IMG/VR virus record: IMGVR_UViG_3300021957_000042 | Coordinates: 1-58,459 of that record | Length of the DNA: 58,459 bases | Source of the DNA: a virus | Taxonomy: Duplodnaviria > Caudoviricetes | Direction: 5' to 3' (one strand) | Part shown: positions 1 to 9,824 of the stretch, one piece after another | Numbering within the stretch: the first letter of the stretch is position 1 | Layout: every line of letters starts with the position of its first letter | Translations under genes and position numbers: made by a program | Notes under the pieces: generated by a model | What the model was told of the DNA's origin: nothing | The model's input: the letters and a program-made list of their open reading frames with translations, nothing else | The model's database searches: none

Positions 1-1
1 A

Positions 2-1162
2 CATGATTTGATTGAGGCACTTGAAATGCCATTTGAAGTTCGTGACTATCAAGCACAGGCTTTTGTTCATGCAGTTCAGAAACAAAGGTCTATTTTAGTT
101 TCTCCAACTGGAAGTGGTAAATCAGCAATCATCTATCTACTGATGCGATTGTTCGAACAATTAGAAAGAAATGTTTTAATGATCGTACCTACTGTGAATC
201 TTGTAAGTCAGATGAAACAGGACTTCATTGACTATTCACCAAACTTTGCGCCTCTTGATGTACAAGAAGTATATGCTGGTAAGACCAAAGAAGTGCAATC
301 TCCGATCATGTTGTCAACTTGGCAAAGTTTACAGAATCTTGAGAAGGATTGGTTCAAGCAATTTGACACTGTAGTCATTGATGAAACTCACCTAGCAACT
401 GGTCAGACATTACAAAAGATTCTCAACTACTGTGAGAATGCGGACTTTCGTGTGGGATTGACTGGTACACTGACAGGTGAGAAGGTACATGAGATGTTAC
501 TCATCAGTACCATTGGTGAACCAAAGAAGATTATTTCAACTAGTGAACTTATCGACAATAAGATGCTCAGTGATTTGAAGGTGAAATGTATCATCTTAGA
601 TCATAAAGATTCCCCACCCAAGATGAATTACAAGGAGGAGATCGACTATCTTATCAGTCACCAGGAAAGAAATGATTTTATTATCAACTTGGCAAAGACA
701 CTGAAAGGTAACACTCTGATTCTGTTCAATTATGTCGAGAATCACGGAATGGTCCTTTATGATCAAGTTGAGAAAGTTATTAAAAATAAAAACATTTTCT
801 TCATGTCCGGTGACACCAAAGCGGAACTTCGGGAGAATATAAGACAACACGTTCGAGATAACCATGCAGACAATATCATTCTGGCAAGTAGTGGTGTCTT
901 CTCAACCGGTGTTAATATCCCAGCACTTCACAATGTAATATTCGCCTCACCAACAAAATCGAAAATTCGTGTCCTTCAATCTGTTGGTAGAATTCTGCGA
1001 AAACATGATTCAAAAGAGGTCGCCACTGTATATGACATTGCTGATCGTATATATCGAAACAAAAAAAATTATGTTTATTCCCACTTTGAAGAAAGATACA
1101 AGTATTATATTGAAGAAGATTTTGACATAAAGTATTATGAACATTTATTAAAATCTGCTTGA
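2..1162 (+). CDS. uvsW: UvsW-like SF2 DNA helicase (5'-partial)
   Basis: RDYQ Q-motif, SPTGSGKS Walker A, DETH box, GLTGT, QSVGRILR motif VI. The frame is open to the window edge and the gene lies next to gp55/gp47 as in T4-like phages. Confidence 0.92.
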   Translation, partial: HDLIEALEMPFEVRDYQAQAFVHAVQKQRSILVSPTGSGKSAIIYLLMRLFEQLERNVLMIVPTVNLVSQMKQDFIDYSPNFAPLDVQEVYAGKTKEVQSPIMLSTWQSLQNLEKDWFKQFDTVVIDETHLATGQTLQKILNYCENADFRVGLTGTLTGEKVHEMLLISTIGEPKKIISTSELIDNKMLSDLKVKCIILDHKDSPPKMNYKEEIDYLISHQERNDFIINLAKTLKGNTLILFNYVENHGMVLYDQVEKVIKNKNIFFMSGDTKAELRENIRQHVRDNHADNIILASSGVFSTGVNIPALHNVIFASPTKSKIRVLQSVGRILRKHDSKEVATVYDIADRIYRNKKNYVYSHFEERYKYYIEEDFDIKYYEHLLKSA

Positions 1163-1187
1163 CATTGACTTTGGACTATGATATAAT
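1159..1187 (+). promoter_or_regulatory. sigma70-type promoter upstream of gp55
   Basis: TTGACA(1159)-17 nt-TATAAT(1182) with extended TG. Confidence 0.75.
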
Positions 1188-1236
1188 AATACCGAGGACG
1201 TTTTATTCTCAAACAAACTACTAAGAGGTATGAATT

Positions 1237-1881
1237 ATGGCTAAAGCAAATTTCGTTGATAAACAAAAATTTTATGAGCATTTACTTCATCGATATAATA
1301 CTGTTCTTGAAGTGAAGAAAAGACAACAAAGATATTATCAACTTGTAAGCGAAACACAAGCAAACGATAATCGAAAGAGTGTAGTAAATCAAAGAATTAA
1401 AGATATGCTACATCGTATACCAATTGATGATTATATTGGTGAGTGCATTTTAAAAATCTGCCAGAATCTAATTCGCAAAAAAGGATTTATTGAATTCAGT
1501 CAGACTCATGCTGAAGATATGATCGGTGATGCAATTGAAAATTGTATTCTCTACATATCATCATTTGATCCTCGTAAGTCAAAAGAACCATTTTCATATT
1601 TCACACAAGTAGCTACCTGGGCATTTGTTCGCAGAATTGAAAAAGAAAAGAGAGAAGTTTATTTCAAATTAAGATCATTACACAATATGGATGGCTTAAT
1701 GGATTCTTCTTTTCAAGAAGAACATGATGATACTTACGATGGTAAAATTATGAGTGATGATTGGTTGATTCATACACGAAATTATGTAAATGAATATGAA
1801 AGCAAAATGGAAAAGAAAAGAAAAAGACAACGCAAGAAAAAAGAAGAGAAACAACAGATTCTAAGTTTAGAAAGGGAATGA
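1237..1881 (+). CDS. gp55: Late-transcription sigma factor gp55
   Basis: YIGECILKI, EDMIGDAIENC, FDPRKSKEPFSYFTQ..WAFVRRIEKEKR motifs; position before gp47. Confidence 0.93.
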   Translation: MAKANFVDKQKFYEHLLHRYNTVLEVKKRQQRYYQLVSETQANDNRKSVVNQRIKDMLHRIPIDDYIGECILKICQNLIRKKGFIEFSQTHAEDMIGDAIENCILYISSFDPRKSKEPFSYFTQVATWAFVRRIEKEKREVYFKLRSLHNMDGLMDSSFQEEHDDTYDGKIMSDDWLIHTRNYVNEYESKMEKKRKRQRKKKEEKQQILSLERE

Positions 1882-1882
1882 T

Positions 1883-2941
1883 ATGCCAAAATGGATTGCA
1901 CTGGTAACAGACCAGCATTTTGGCGCTCGAAGCAATTCTCAAATTTTTCTTGACTATTTCATGAAGTTCTATGATAACATATTCTTTCCCGCACTTGAAG
2001 AATATGGTGTTGAAGAGATCATTGATCTAGGAGATACATTTGACCGCCGAAAATCTGTTGACTTCTATATTTTAAATCAAGTAAAAGAAAGATATTATGA
2101 TAAACTATTGAATAAGAATATCAAAATTCATAGTATTGTTGGAAATCATACGGCATATTATAAAAATACCAATAATGTAAATACACTTGATCTTTTACTG
2201 AGTGATTATGAAAATGTAGTTGTATATCGTGAGCCTACAAAAACAAAAGTAAATGGTCATGAAGTTCTATTGATTCCATGGATCAATGATGAAAATAAAG
2301 CAGATACATTTAAACTGTTACGCAATAAAGAAAAATATTGTTTTGGTCATTTAGAAATTAATGGCTTTGAAATGTATAGTGGATATGCACATTCTGATGG
2401 TGAATTTAATTCAACATTATTTTCACGAATTGAAAATGTATATTCAGGACACTTTCATCATCGAAGTAAGAAGGGTAATATAATGTACTTGGGAAATCCA
2501 TATCACATTACCTGGAATGACTTTGGCGATCAAAGAGGCTTTCACATGTTAGACCTTGAAACATCGGAACTTATATTCATTGAAAATCCTTATACAATGT
2601 TTCAGAGAATTGAATATTCAGACCGTGTAATTAAACTTGACAAAGAACACATCAAGAATACTTATGTTAAAGTAATTGTTCGTGAGAAATCAAGTGCTTC
2701 AAAATTTGAAAAGTTTATTAAACAATTGTCTGATGCAAGTCCTTTAGATATTACTATTGTTGAAGATGATAAAAGTTATGATTCCGAAGGAGAAGATTTC
2801 AATCTTGAAGAAGAACACATATATGATCTTTGTAAAAATGCTGTAAAAAAATACACGGCTGAAAATAATATAACTTATGGTGATAAAATTGAATTGAAAA
2901 TTATGCAATTACTTAAAGAAGCAGAATTGGAAAACGTATGA
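1883..2941 (+). CDS. gp47: Recombination endonuclease subunit gp47 (Mre11/SbcD-like)
   Basis: TDQHFG, LGDTFDRRK, VGNH, GHLE, SGHFH metallophosphoesterase motifs. Confidence 0.95.
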   Translation: MPKWIALVTDQHFGARSNSQIFLDYFMKFYDNIFFPALEEYGVEEIIDLGDTFDRRKSVDFYILNQVKERYYDKLLNKNIKIHSIVGNHTAYYKNTNNVNTLDLLLSDYENVVVYREPTKTKVNGHEVLLIPWINDENKADTFKLLRNKEKYCFGHLEINGFEMYSGYAHSDGEFNSTLFSRIENVYSGHFHHRSKKGNIMYLGNPYHITWNDFGDQRGFHMLDLETSELIFIENPYTMFQRIEYSDRVIKLDKEHIKNTYVKVIVREKSSASKFEKFIKQLSDASPLDITIVEDDKSYDSEGEDFNLEEEHIYDLCKNAVKKYTAENNITYGDKIELKIMQLLKEAELENV

Positions 2942-3369
2942 GAAAAAAGAAAATTGCACCTAGAAAACAAGTTGAAGAAGTTGATGATTCGATACTTGAA
3001 CAATTAAAAGGTCAATCTGATCCAGAAGCAACAGGTAAACTTGGTCCAATTGCTGGTACTGCTAACGCACCTATGAAAAGAAAGGCAGGTGCTCCAGTTG
3101 AAGCACTAAAGCCTAAAAAGAAAAAAGAAATACAAGTACCAATTGCAAAATTAAATCGTACTGTAGAAAAGAAAATTCAAAACTTTGCTGAAGGCATGGG
3201 AATTATAAGTATGCAATATAATTCAGAAAATGATTCAATTTCTTTTGAATTAGAAGAAGAGTTCTATCATACACTTAATACAATATGTTCATGGAAGAAA
3301 ATACAACCTGAAGTATATCTTAGCAAATTACTTACAGAATACTTTCTAATTCAAAAAAAGTATAATTAA
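2938..3369 (+). CDS. hypothetical protein
   Basis: 143-aa ORF with ATGA overlap to gp47. Confidence 0.7.
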   Translation: MRKKKIAPRKQVEEVDDSILEQLKGQSDPEATGKLGPIAGTANAPMKRKAGAPVEALKPKKKKEIQVPIAKLNRTVEKKIQNFAEGMGIISMQYNSENDSISFELEEEFYHTLNTICSWKKIQPEVYLSKLLTEYFLIQKKYN

Positions 3370-3380
3370 TAAGGAATATT

Positions 3381-4514
3381 ATGAGAATTGATAATGAATT
3401 GAAACTGGATTACAGTGATGTCTTGTTGCGGCCTAAAAGATCGACTCTTGGTTCTCGCAAAGAAGTTTCTCTTAAAAGAGATTTTCGTAAAGTTAACTGG
3501 TCTGGTCTACCAATCATGGCTGCAAATATGGATGGTGTTGGTACAATTGAAATGGCGACCGAATTAGCCAAACAGAAAATGTTTACATGTCTTAAAAAAA
3601 CATACGACACAACACAACTTATTGAATTTTTTTCAAATAAACTAAATTGTCAACACACGGCAATGAGTATTGGAATCACAGATTATGATTTTCGTAAGTT
3701 CTGTGATGTTTATAGTATATGTCAAAATTTAAAATTCGTTTGTATTGATGTTGCCAATGGTTATAGTGAAAGATTTGTTGACTTTATTAAAAAAATTCGT
3801 GAAGTTGATTCACAAGGAATATATGATGCAAAGGCAAATGATACATTTCGAAGACACAATCCTTTGTTCATCATTGCAGGTAATGTTGTAACTGGTGAAA
3901 TGACAGAACAATTGATTCTGAATGGTGTTGATATTGTTAAAGTTGGAATTGGACCGGGAAGTGCATGTACCACTCGCATTCAAACTGGAGTTGGATATCC
4001 TCAATTAAGTGCCGTAATTGAATGTGCTGATGCTGCACATGGTCTTGGTGGATTGATCATTGCTGATGGTGGTTGTACATGTCCTGGTGATGTTGTCAAG
4101 GCATTTGCTGGTGGTGCAGATTTCGTGATGCTTGGTGGTATGTTAGCTGGTCATGTTGAAGGTGGTGGTCAAATCATTGAAAAACATTATGTCACAAACG
4201 AAATTGAATACACCTCTGAAGATTATCCTCAGTATGAATTAGTTCGTGAGACAAAGAAGTTTGTCGAGTTCTACGGCATGAGCAGCAAGAAGGCAAATGA
4301 CATTCACTTCGGTGGTCTGAAAGACTATCGGGCCGCTGAAGGTCGTGAGGTGCGGGTGCCTTATCGTGGTGAAGTTGCTAATACTGTTCAAGAAATTCTT
4401 GGTGGTCTCAGAAGTGCCTGCACATATGTTGGTGCAGATCAATTAAAAGACTTGACAAAATGCGCCACATTTGTTAAAGTATCGAATCAGTACAACACAA
4501 CTTTCTCTGCATAA
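3381..4514 (+). CDS. guaC: GMP reductase
   Basis: [73 protein letters not shown]. Confidence 0.95.
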   Translation: MRIDNELKLDYSDVLLRPKRSTLGSRKEVSLKRDFRKVNWSGLPIMAANMDGVGTIEMATELAKQKMFTCLKKTYDTTQLIEFFSNKLNCQHTAMSIGITDYDFRKFCDVYSICQNLKFVCIDVANGYSERFVDFIKKIREVDSQGIYDAKANDTFRRHNPLFIIAGNVVTGEMTEQLILNGVDIVKVGIGPGSACTTRIQTGVGYPQLSAVIECADAAHGLGGLIIADGGCTCPGDVVKAFAGGADFVMLGGMLAGHVEGGGQIIEKHYVTNEIEYTSEDYPQYELVRETKKFVEFYGMSSKKANDIHFGGLKDYRAAEGREVRVPYRGEVANTVQEILGGLRSACTYVGADQLKDLTKCATFVKVSNQYNTTFSA

Positions 4515-4525
4515 GGACATTCTAT

Positions 4526-6262
4526 ATGATCATTGAATTTGAAAAAATCTCTTTCAAGAACTTTCTTTCTTTTGGTGACACGCCAACTGAAGTCAACTTG
4601 AAGGATTTTAAAACAACATTGGTGACAGGTGCAAACTTTTCAGGAAAGTCCTCATCAATTCTTGATACGATTACCTTTGCCTTGTTTGGCAGGCCTTTTC
4701 GTAACATCAACAAACCTCAATTGATTAATGTTTACAATAAAAAGAATTGTTTAGTTGAATTAACGTTTACTAAAAACAAAACTCATTATCGAATTGTTCG
4801 TGGTATTAAGCCGAATGTTTTCGAAATCTATCGTGACGGTGAACAATTTGATATTCAATCATCATCAAAAGATCAGCAAGATGAATTTGAGAAAACAATT
4901 CTTAATTTTACATATCAAACATTTCAGCAGATTGTAGTTTTAGGTTCTGCAAATTATATTCCTTTCATGAAGATGAAGCCAAATGATCGTCGACAAGTTG
5001 TCGATGATATTTTGAATCTTCATGTGTTCACACAAATGAATGATTTATTGCGTAATGATATTTCAGAAACGAAATCAGAAATTCAATCAATTGATAATCA
5101 GCTATATTTAAAGTCAGAGTTGCTTCAACAAAAAGAAGATTATCTTGAATCATTAAAAAATATAAATGTTTCATCAGTTGATAAGGAAGAAGTTGATGCA
5201 TTACTTAAAAAAATAAAAGATATTGTTGACCAACAAGAAGCAAAACGAGATGAACTTGATAATCTTGATATTGGTTCATTTATTGAAGAAGATGATTTGC
5301 TAGTTAAGATTCGAAAGTATGAAAAGGTAAAAGAAAAAATTATGTACTCTGTAAACTCACAGAAGAAAACATATGATTTCTTTATTGATAATTATAAATG
5401 TCCAACTTGTGAGCAAGAGATTGAAGAAACATTTCGTGAAGATAAAATCAATTCTCTGAAAAATGCAATGCTTGAAAAGAAAGAAGGTGTTGAACAACTA
5501 GTTGATAAAATCAGCGAACTTCAAACTGAGAAGCATCAAGTTGATCATCACAATAGTCTTGTACAATATAAGATACAGCAACGAGGTGGCCTGTTATCTG
5601 ACATTGAAAAGTTGAAGATTGAACATGGTGCATCAACTGATAAGTATCATTATCTACAGAAACCACAGACATTAGATAATGAAAAGATTCACCGAACAGA
5701 ACAGGAGATACAACAACTTAAAGATCAAATTCAAGAATATCAAGAACAATTAGATGCATTGCATACTGATGCAGAAATTCAAAAAGATTGTTCTTTTTTG
5801 TTAAAAGATTCAGGTATTAAATCACTCATTATGAATAAATACTTAAATCTTTTAAATAAAAATATGGAATTCTATCTTAAAAAGTTTGGTCTTAAATTAA
5901 ACTTTGAGCTTGATAGTTCATTCAATGAAAAGATTACAAATTTTTCAGGACATAGTTTTTCATATTATTCTTTGAGTGAAGGCGAAAAGCTTCGTGTTGA
6001 TTTGTCAATGATGCTATCATGGAGAACACTTGCAATTAAACGTGCAAAGATGAAAACTAATCTATTGATTTTAGATGAAGTAATGGATGGTGCTGCTGAC
6101 TCAAGTCTTCAGCATGAAATTGTTTCAACACTACATGATTTAAAGGATACAAATGTATTTGTGATTTCTCATCGTACAGAAGGTCTCGTTGAAAAGTTTC
6201 AACGTAATTTACATGTTACTCGACATATTGGTTTTTCAAGTATTCAAGAAACTTTAATCTGA
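4526..6262 (+). CDS. gp46: Recombination ATPase gp46 (Rad50/SbcC-like)
   Basis: FKNFLSFG, GKS Walker A, CPTC zinc hook within coiled coil, LSEGEK signature, LILDEV, ISH. Confidence 0.95.
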   Translation: MIIEFEKISFKNFLSFGDTPTEVNLKDFKTTLVTGANFSGKSSSILDTITFALFGRPFRNINKPQLINVYNKKNCLVELTFTKNKTHYRIVRGIKPNVFEIYRDGEQFDIQSSSKDQQDEFEKTILNFTYQTFQQIVVLGSANYIPFMKMKPNDRRQVVDDILNLHVFTQMNDLLRNDISETKSEIQSIDNQLYLKSELLQQKEDYLESLKNINVSSVDKEEVDALLKKIKDIVDQQEAKRDELDNLDIGSFIEEDDLLVKIRKYEKVKEKIMYSVNSQKKTYDFFIDNYKCPTCEQEIEETFREDKINSLKNAMLEKKEGVEQLVDKISELQTEKHQVDHHNSLVQYKIQQRGGLLSDIEKLKIEHGASTDKYHYLQKPQTLDNEKIHRTEQEIQQLKDQIQEYQEQLDALHTDAEIQKDCSFLLKDSGIKSLIMNKYLNLLNKNMEFYLKKFGLKLNFELDSSFNEKITNFSGHSFSYYSLSEGEKLRVDLSMMLSWRTLAIKRAKMKTNLLILDEVMDGAADSSLQHEIVSTLHDLKDTNVFVISHRTEGLVEKFQRNLHVTRHIGFSSIQETLI

Positions 6263-6269
6263 GAATATT

Positions 6270-7127
6270 ATGTTGCTGCATTCTGAACTGACTGTAGGAA
6301 TGGAAATTGAGGCAATTGCTTTCGAATCAAATTACAATGCAATCAAAAATATACTCAAAGGTAACAAAACTGAAACAAATGAATGGTCTTATGCAATCAC
6401 TGGTGATTGCTCAATCGCAATTGATCCAGATATTGATGACCTGTCTGAATTTGAAATCTGCAATTCAGATGGCAGTGTAAGATATGATCGTGAACAGATT
6501 GTTCCATTTGAAATTGATACTGGCTATTTCTCATACACACCAGAGAATCAATTAAAGTTTCGTAAATTATTAGTTAATTTGTATAAGTCAGGTATCATTA
6601 CAAATTCAACATGTTCACTTCATGTGCATTTTAAACCTAAGTTTTTAAATATGCGAACAAATGAAGCAAAAATATATTCAGTAATGTTGTTGGCATATAT
6701 TGTCGAAAGTAAATTATATGAAAAGTATTTAAAGTTTCAGAATCAAGACATGACAAATACGGCATGGTCATCAGTTGATTATATGATTGATGAATATAAT
6801 TTTTATAAAAATGCCAAATCGTTGTACAGTAAATATGAATATCGAAATCGTGGTTTGTTTCATGTTCATGAACAAGGCACTTTAGAGTGGCGTGGGAATC
6901 GTAAAGTTTTTGATTGTAATCCAATTATATTCTGCAATAATCATTCATCACAATATGAACAAGATATTGTCAAACATTCAAAGTTTATGTTTTCATTTCT
7001 AAATGATATGTTTAATGCAATGAATGGTAAAGTTGATCTTGATAAAAAGAATTCATTGTATTGGAAACTTTATGATAATAAAAATTTAATGTATAGTAAA
7101 TTATTAAGGAAGAAAGAAAATGTTTAA
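6270..7127 (+). CDS. Putative amidoligase (COOH-NH2 ligase / Amidoligase_2-like)
   Basis: GMEIE, GDCSI, FEIDT, NSTCSLHVH, GTLEWRG motif series. Confidence 0.7.
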   Translation: MLLHSELTVGMEIEAIAFESNYNAIKNILKGNKTETNEWSYAITGDCSIAIDPDIDDLSEFEICNSDGSVRYDREQIVPFEIDTGYFSYTPENQLKFRKLLVNLYKSGIITNSTCSLHVHFKPKFLNMRTNEAKIYSVMLLAYIVESKLYEKYLKFQNQDMTNTAWSSVDYMIDEYNFYKNAKSLYSKYEYRNRGLFHVHEQGTLEWRGNRKVFDCNPIIFCNNHSSQYEQDIVKHSKFMFSFLNDMFNAMNGKVDLDKKNSLYWKLYDNKNLMYSKLLRKKENV

Positions 7128-7638
7128 GTTTACATTAGTAACTGAAGATTCTAAAGAATATCTATCTCAGGTTTCAAAAGAATATGATTACATGAATAGT
7201 CCATCTTCTCCATATGAGATTGATGAATTCATGCAACAGTATATTCGTGAAGCAAAGGCATTTGGAATTTCCGGTGTTCAGCTATCCTTTCCGTATCGTG
7301 TTTTTGCTATTCATACAGATGAAGGCACAATTACAACAATGTTTAATCCTAAACTAATTGAAGTAATTGATGATACTCAAATTCGTATGGAAGAAGGATG
7401 CCTAAGCTTTCCCGGGTTATTTTTAAATGTTAAACGACCAAGAGGTGTACGAATTGAGTACCAAGATAGATTAAAAAAGCTAAATACTATGGAACTATAT
7501 GATTATTATGCTAGAGGATTTTTGCATGAATTAGATCATTTGAATGGTGTAGTGTTCACTTCTCATGTAGGAAGACTTTCTTTGAAGATGGCAAGAAAAA
7601 AACTTTCTAAAAGAAAGAAGCGGTACAACATACAATAA
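7120..7638 (+). CDS. def: Peptide deformylase
   Basis: GISGVQ, EGCLSFP and HELDHLNG motifs. Confidence 0.92.
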   Translation: MFKFTLVTEDSKEYLSQVSKEYDYMNSPSSPYEIDEFMQQYIREAKAFGISGVQLSFPYRVFAIHTDEGTITTMFNPKLIEVIDDTQIRMEEGCLSFPGLFLNVKRPRGVRIEYQDRLKKLNTMELYDYYARGFLHELDHLNGVVFTSHVGRLSLKMARKKLSKRKKRYNIQ

Positions 7639-7650
7639 AGGATATAAAAA

Positions 7651-8448
7651 ATGGCTGTTGATTTAACTCAAGTCTTAGAAAAACATTTTTCACATATTGG
7701 TGGAAATTGGGCTGCTCGTAGTGGTCCATCACAACAAAAGATTACACATTCATTGTCAAAGCCTCACTATTTAACAACTGAAGAAGCTGGACGATGCATT
7801 GCGACAGAAAGAGGATGGGAATTAATACCACCAGGGCAGACTATGGTAGGTAGGAAATCAACTGAACTACTACAGGCGATTCCTGGTTTAACTGCACTTC
7901 TCGATGTTGATAATATGTCTGCACCACAACAAGCTTTGTTCAATGATGTAGTCAATAATATTGGTCAAGGTTTAGGAGGTTCTGGTTTCACAGCAATAAC
8001 TCAAGCAGTACAATTTACTGGTGCGCAAATTGCAAGACGTACAAAACAACGTTATGTGGTTAATGTAGTGTTCTCAGAAAATATTGTATTTGCCTCAGCT
8101 GGTGGTGGAACAGCAAAGTTTCGAGCAACATTTAATAATGTACCCCAGGGAACAAATGATGGCGGCGTAAATGTGCATCCCACAGATGCAAATTCAAACA
8201 CTGTAGATTATGATGTAAATGTTGCTGCTGGCTCAACTTTGGATGTTGCAAGAGTTCCATTCATGATTGAGTATACAGGCGTAACAGATGGAGTTGATGC
8301 AATTAAGGCATTCGAAGTAAGTAATGTTATAATTGTATCTTCAACTGGCGTAACTGCAGCAGACCGCCAAGGTACTACTATTGATTTAGGTGCAACAGTC
8401 CAAATTGTTAATGGACCTTATGATGTATCTTATGGTACACAATGGTAA
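7651..8448 (+). CDS. hypothetical protein, possibly virion structural
   Basis: G/T/V-rich beta-like C-terminus; AAGGA RBS; CTAAATA late-type motif at 7480. Confidence 0.55.
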   Translation: MAVDLTQVLEKHFSHIGGNWAARSGPSQQKITHSLSKPHYLTTEEAGRCIATERGWELIPPGQTMVGRKSTELLQAIPGLTALLDVDNMSAPQQALFNDVVNNIGQGLGGSGFTAITQAVQFTGAQIARRTKQRYVVNVVFSENIVFASAGGGTAKFRATFNNVPQGTNDGGVNVHPTDANSNTVDYDVNVAAGSTLDVARVPFMIEYTGVTDGVDAIKAFEVSNVIIVSSTGVTAADRQGTTIDLGATVQIVNGPYDVSYGTQW

Positions 8449-8454
8449 TTAATC

Positions 8455-8478
8455 ATGAGACATCAATTGATGTCTCAT
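8455..8478. terminator. Perfect 24-bp palindrome, probable terminator
   Basis: atgagacatcaa|ttgatgtctcat followed by T-rich sequence. Confidence 0.6.
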
Positions 8479-8508
8479 TTGTTTTACTCAATTAGGAGAT
8501 GTTAATCT

Positions 8509-8700
8509 ATGCGTGACCGTGAATATCGTAGAAAACAAGATCAGAAGAAAAGTTATAAAAAGTTTGTAGCAGAAATGAACCGTGGCAAGATCAAAGGTAA
8601 CCGAAAGAAAGGTTCAAAAAACTTAAATAATATTGATTTTGAAAATCTTACGGAAGAAGAACTTGATGAATTATATGATGACATGCAAGACGGGGATTAA
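8509..8700 (+). CDS. hypothetical protein
   Basis: AGGAG RBS; basic N-terminus, acidic C-terminus. Confidence 0.7.
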   Translation: MRDREYRRKQDQKKSYKKFVAEMNRGKIKGNRKKGSKNLNNIDFENLTEEELDELYDDMQDGD

Positions 8701-9167
8701 TGGGAGTTACAGGTCCATCACTTGCTGATATTCGTGCAGTAAAACAACTATATAATGATGAGACACATTCACTTAATATTGAGAAAAATATTTTAAAGCC
8801 ATTAAAAAATATTGTTGATACTCATATTAAAGTATTATATAAAAAATACAATTATAAGTTTTCAGATAAAATTGATAACCGAATAATTGAAGATATCGAA
8901 CATCTTCGTTCGAAAATAATGGTGATTCTTGAACAAAGATGCACCGAAATAGTAAATTTATTTGATTCAGATTATGAAAGATTTTGTAAAGCATATGGCT
9001 GGTGGGCACATCGTGGTGCCCGGGTTCGCCATAATGTTACAAGAGATGAATTGGCATATGAATTAAGTGAAGTTATTCGTAAATTATATTTTGTTTATAT
9101 GGAAAGTAAATTTCCTAAAATATATCAAGCAAAAAGTGTAGAGGAATTTTTATTAAGAGAAGATTGA
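8700..9167 (+). CDS. hypothetical protein
   Basis: TAATG coupling to the upstream ORF. Confidence 0.7.
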   Translation: MGVTGPSLADIRAVKQLYNDETHSLNIEKNILKPLKNIVDTHIKVLYKKYNYKFSDKIDNRIIEDIEHLRSKIMVILEQRCTEIVNLFDSDYERFCKAYGWWAHRGARVRHNVTRDELAYELSEVIRKLYFVYMESKFPKIYQAKSVEEFLLRED

Positions 9168-9168
9168 A

Positions 9169-9384
9169 ATGAGTAAAAAAGGGACTGGCGATGTTATTGC
9201 ATCCACTCCACAGTGGGCTGCTTATTGCGCAAATGAAAAAGGAAAAGGTAAGCCACAATTACCTGACTTCGTTGTAGATAAAAGAACTATTGTTGTTGAT
9301 CCAGTGAGTAAAAAGAAATTCTACAGATGTAGAATGGTCTCAGAATCTGAAATTTACAGAGAAATTAAAAACATGTTGCTATAG
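9169..9384 (+). CDS. hypothetical protein
   Basis: Tightly packed ORF. Confidence 0.65.
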   Translation: MSKKGTGDVIASTPQWAAYCANEKGKGKPQLPDFVVDKRTIVVDPVSKKKFYRCRMVSESEIYREIKNMLL

Positions 9385-9390
9385 GTAAAA

Positions 9391-9564
9391 ATGATTTTTA
9401 AGAAAAAAGGACCTGACGTTTTCATGTTTGAATCTGAAGAAGATTTTAAAAACTTTTGTGCTGATACGAAATCATTGACTACAAGCATGTTTAAAGATTT
9501 TGTTATTCAAAGATATAATAAACGCACAAAAAGAATTGATAAAATAAGTTCGAATAAATTATAA
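9391..9564 (+). CDS. hypothetical 57-aa protein (not in ORF track)
   Basis: MIFKKKGPDVFMFESEEDFKNFC..., AGGT RBS, fills the gap between neighbours. Confidence 0.55.
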   Translation: MIFKKKGPDVFMFESEEDFKNFCADTKSLTTSMFKDFVIQRYNKRTKRIDKISSNKL

Positions 9565-9565
9565 T

Positions 9566-9769
9566 ATGCATCAAAAAATTGAGTTTGATAATTACAAACA
9601 ATATCCCGAACATTTACAAAAGGAATTGTATCTACTTGATATGGAATACTTTTGTATTGAGAAGACACAACTTGCCGGTAAGTTGCCTGAAATCCATATA
9701 CCGGAATATCCTCTAGGACTTGGACTTTACATTGACTTATTAAAAGATAAAAAAAACTTGACATTTTAA
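9566..9769 (+). CDS. hypothetical protein
   Basis: Tightly packed ORF. Confidence 0.55.
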   Translation: MHQKIEFDNYKQYPEHLQKELYLLDMEYFCIEKTQLAGKLPEIHIPEYPLGLGLYIDLLKDKKNLTF

Positions 9770-9789
9770 ATTTTTTCTGATATGATCTG
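9751..9789 (+). promoter_or_regulatory. Early promoter (degenerate copy of the repeated promoter)
   Basis: A-tract, TTGACA(9758)-17 nt-TATGAT(9781), TCTGATATGATCTG core. Confidence 0.75.
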
Positions 9790-9824
9790 TTGAGATTCTT
9801 TTTAAACTCAATCGGAGACAATCT

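Noticed and set aside
4526-4680. gp46 Walker A variant (GANFSGKS) as a sign of inactivation
   Set aside because: GKS, the signature, Walker B, H-loop and zinc hook are all intact
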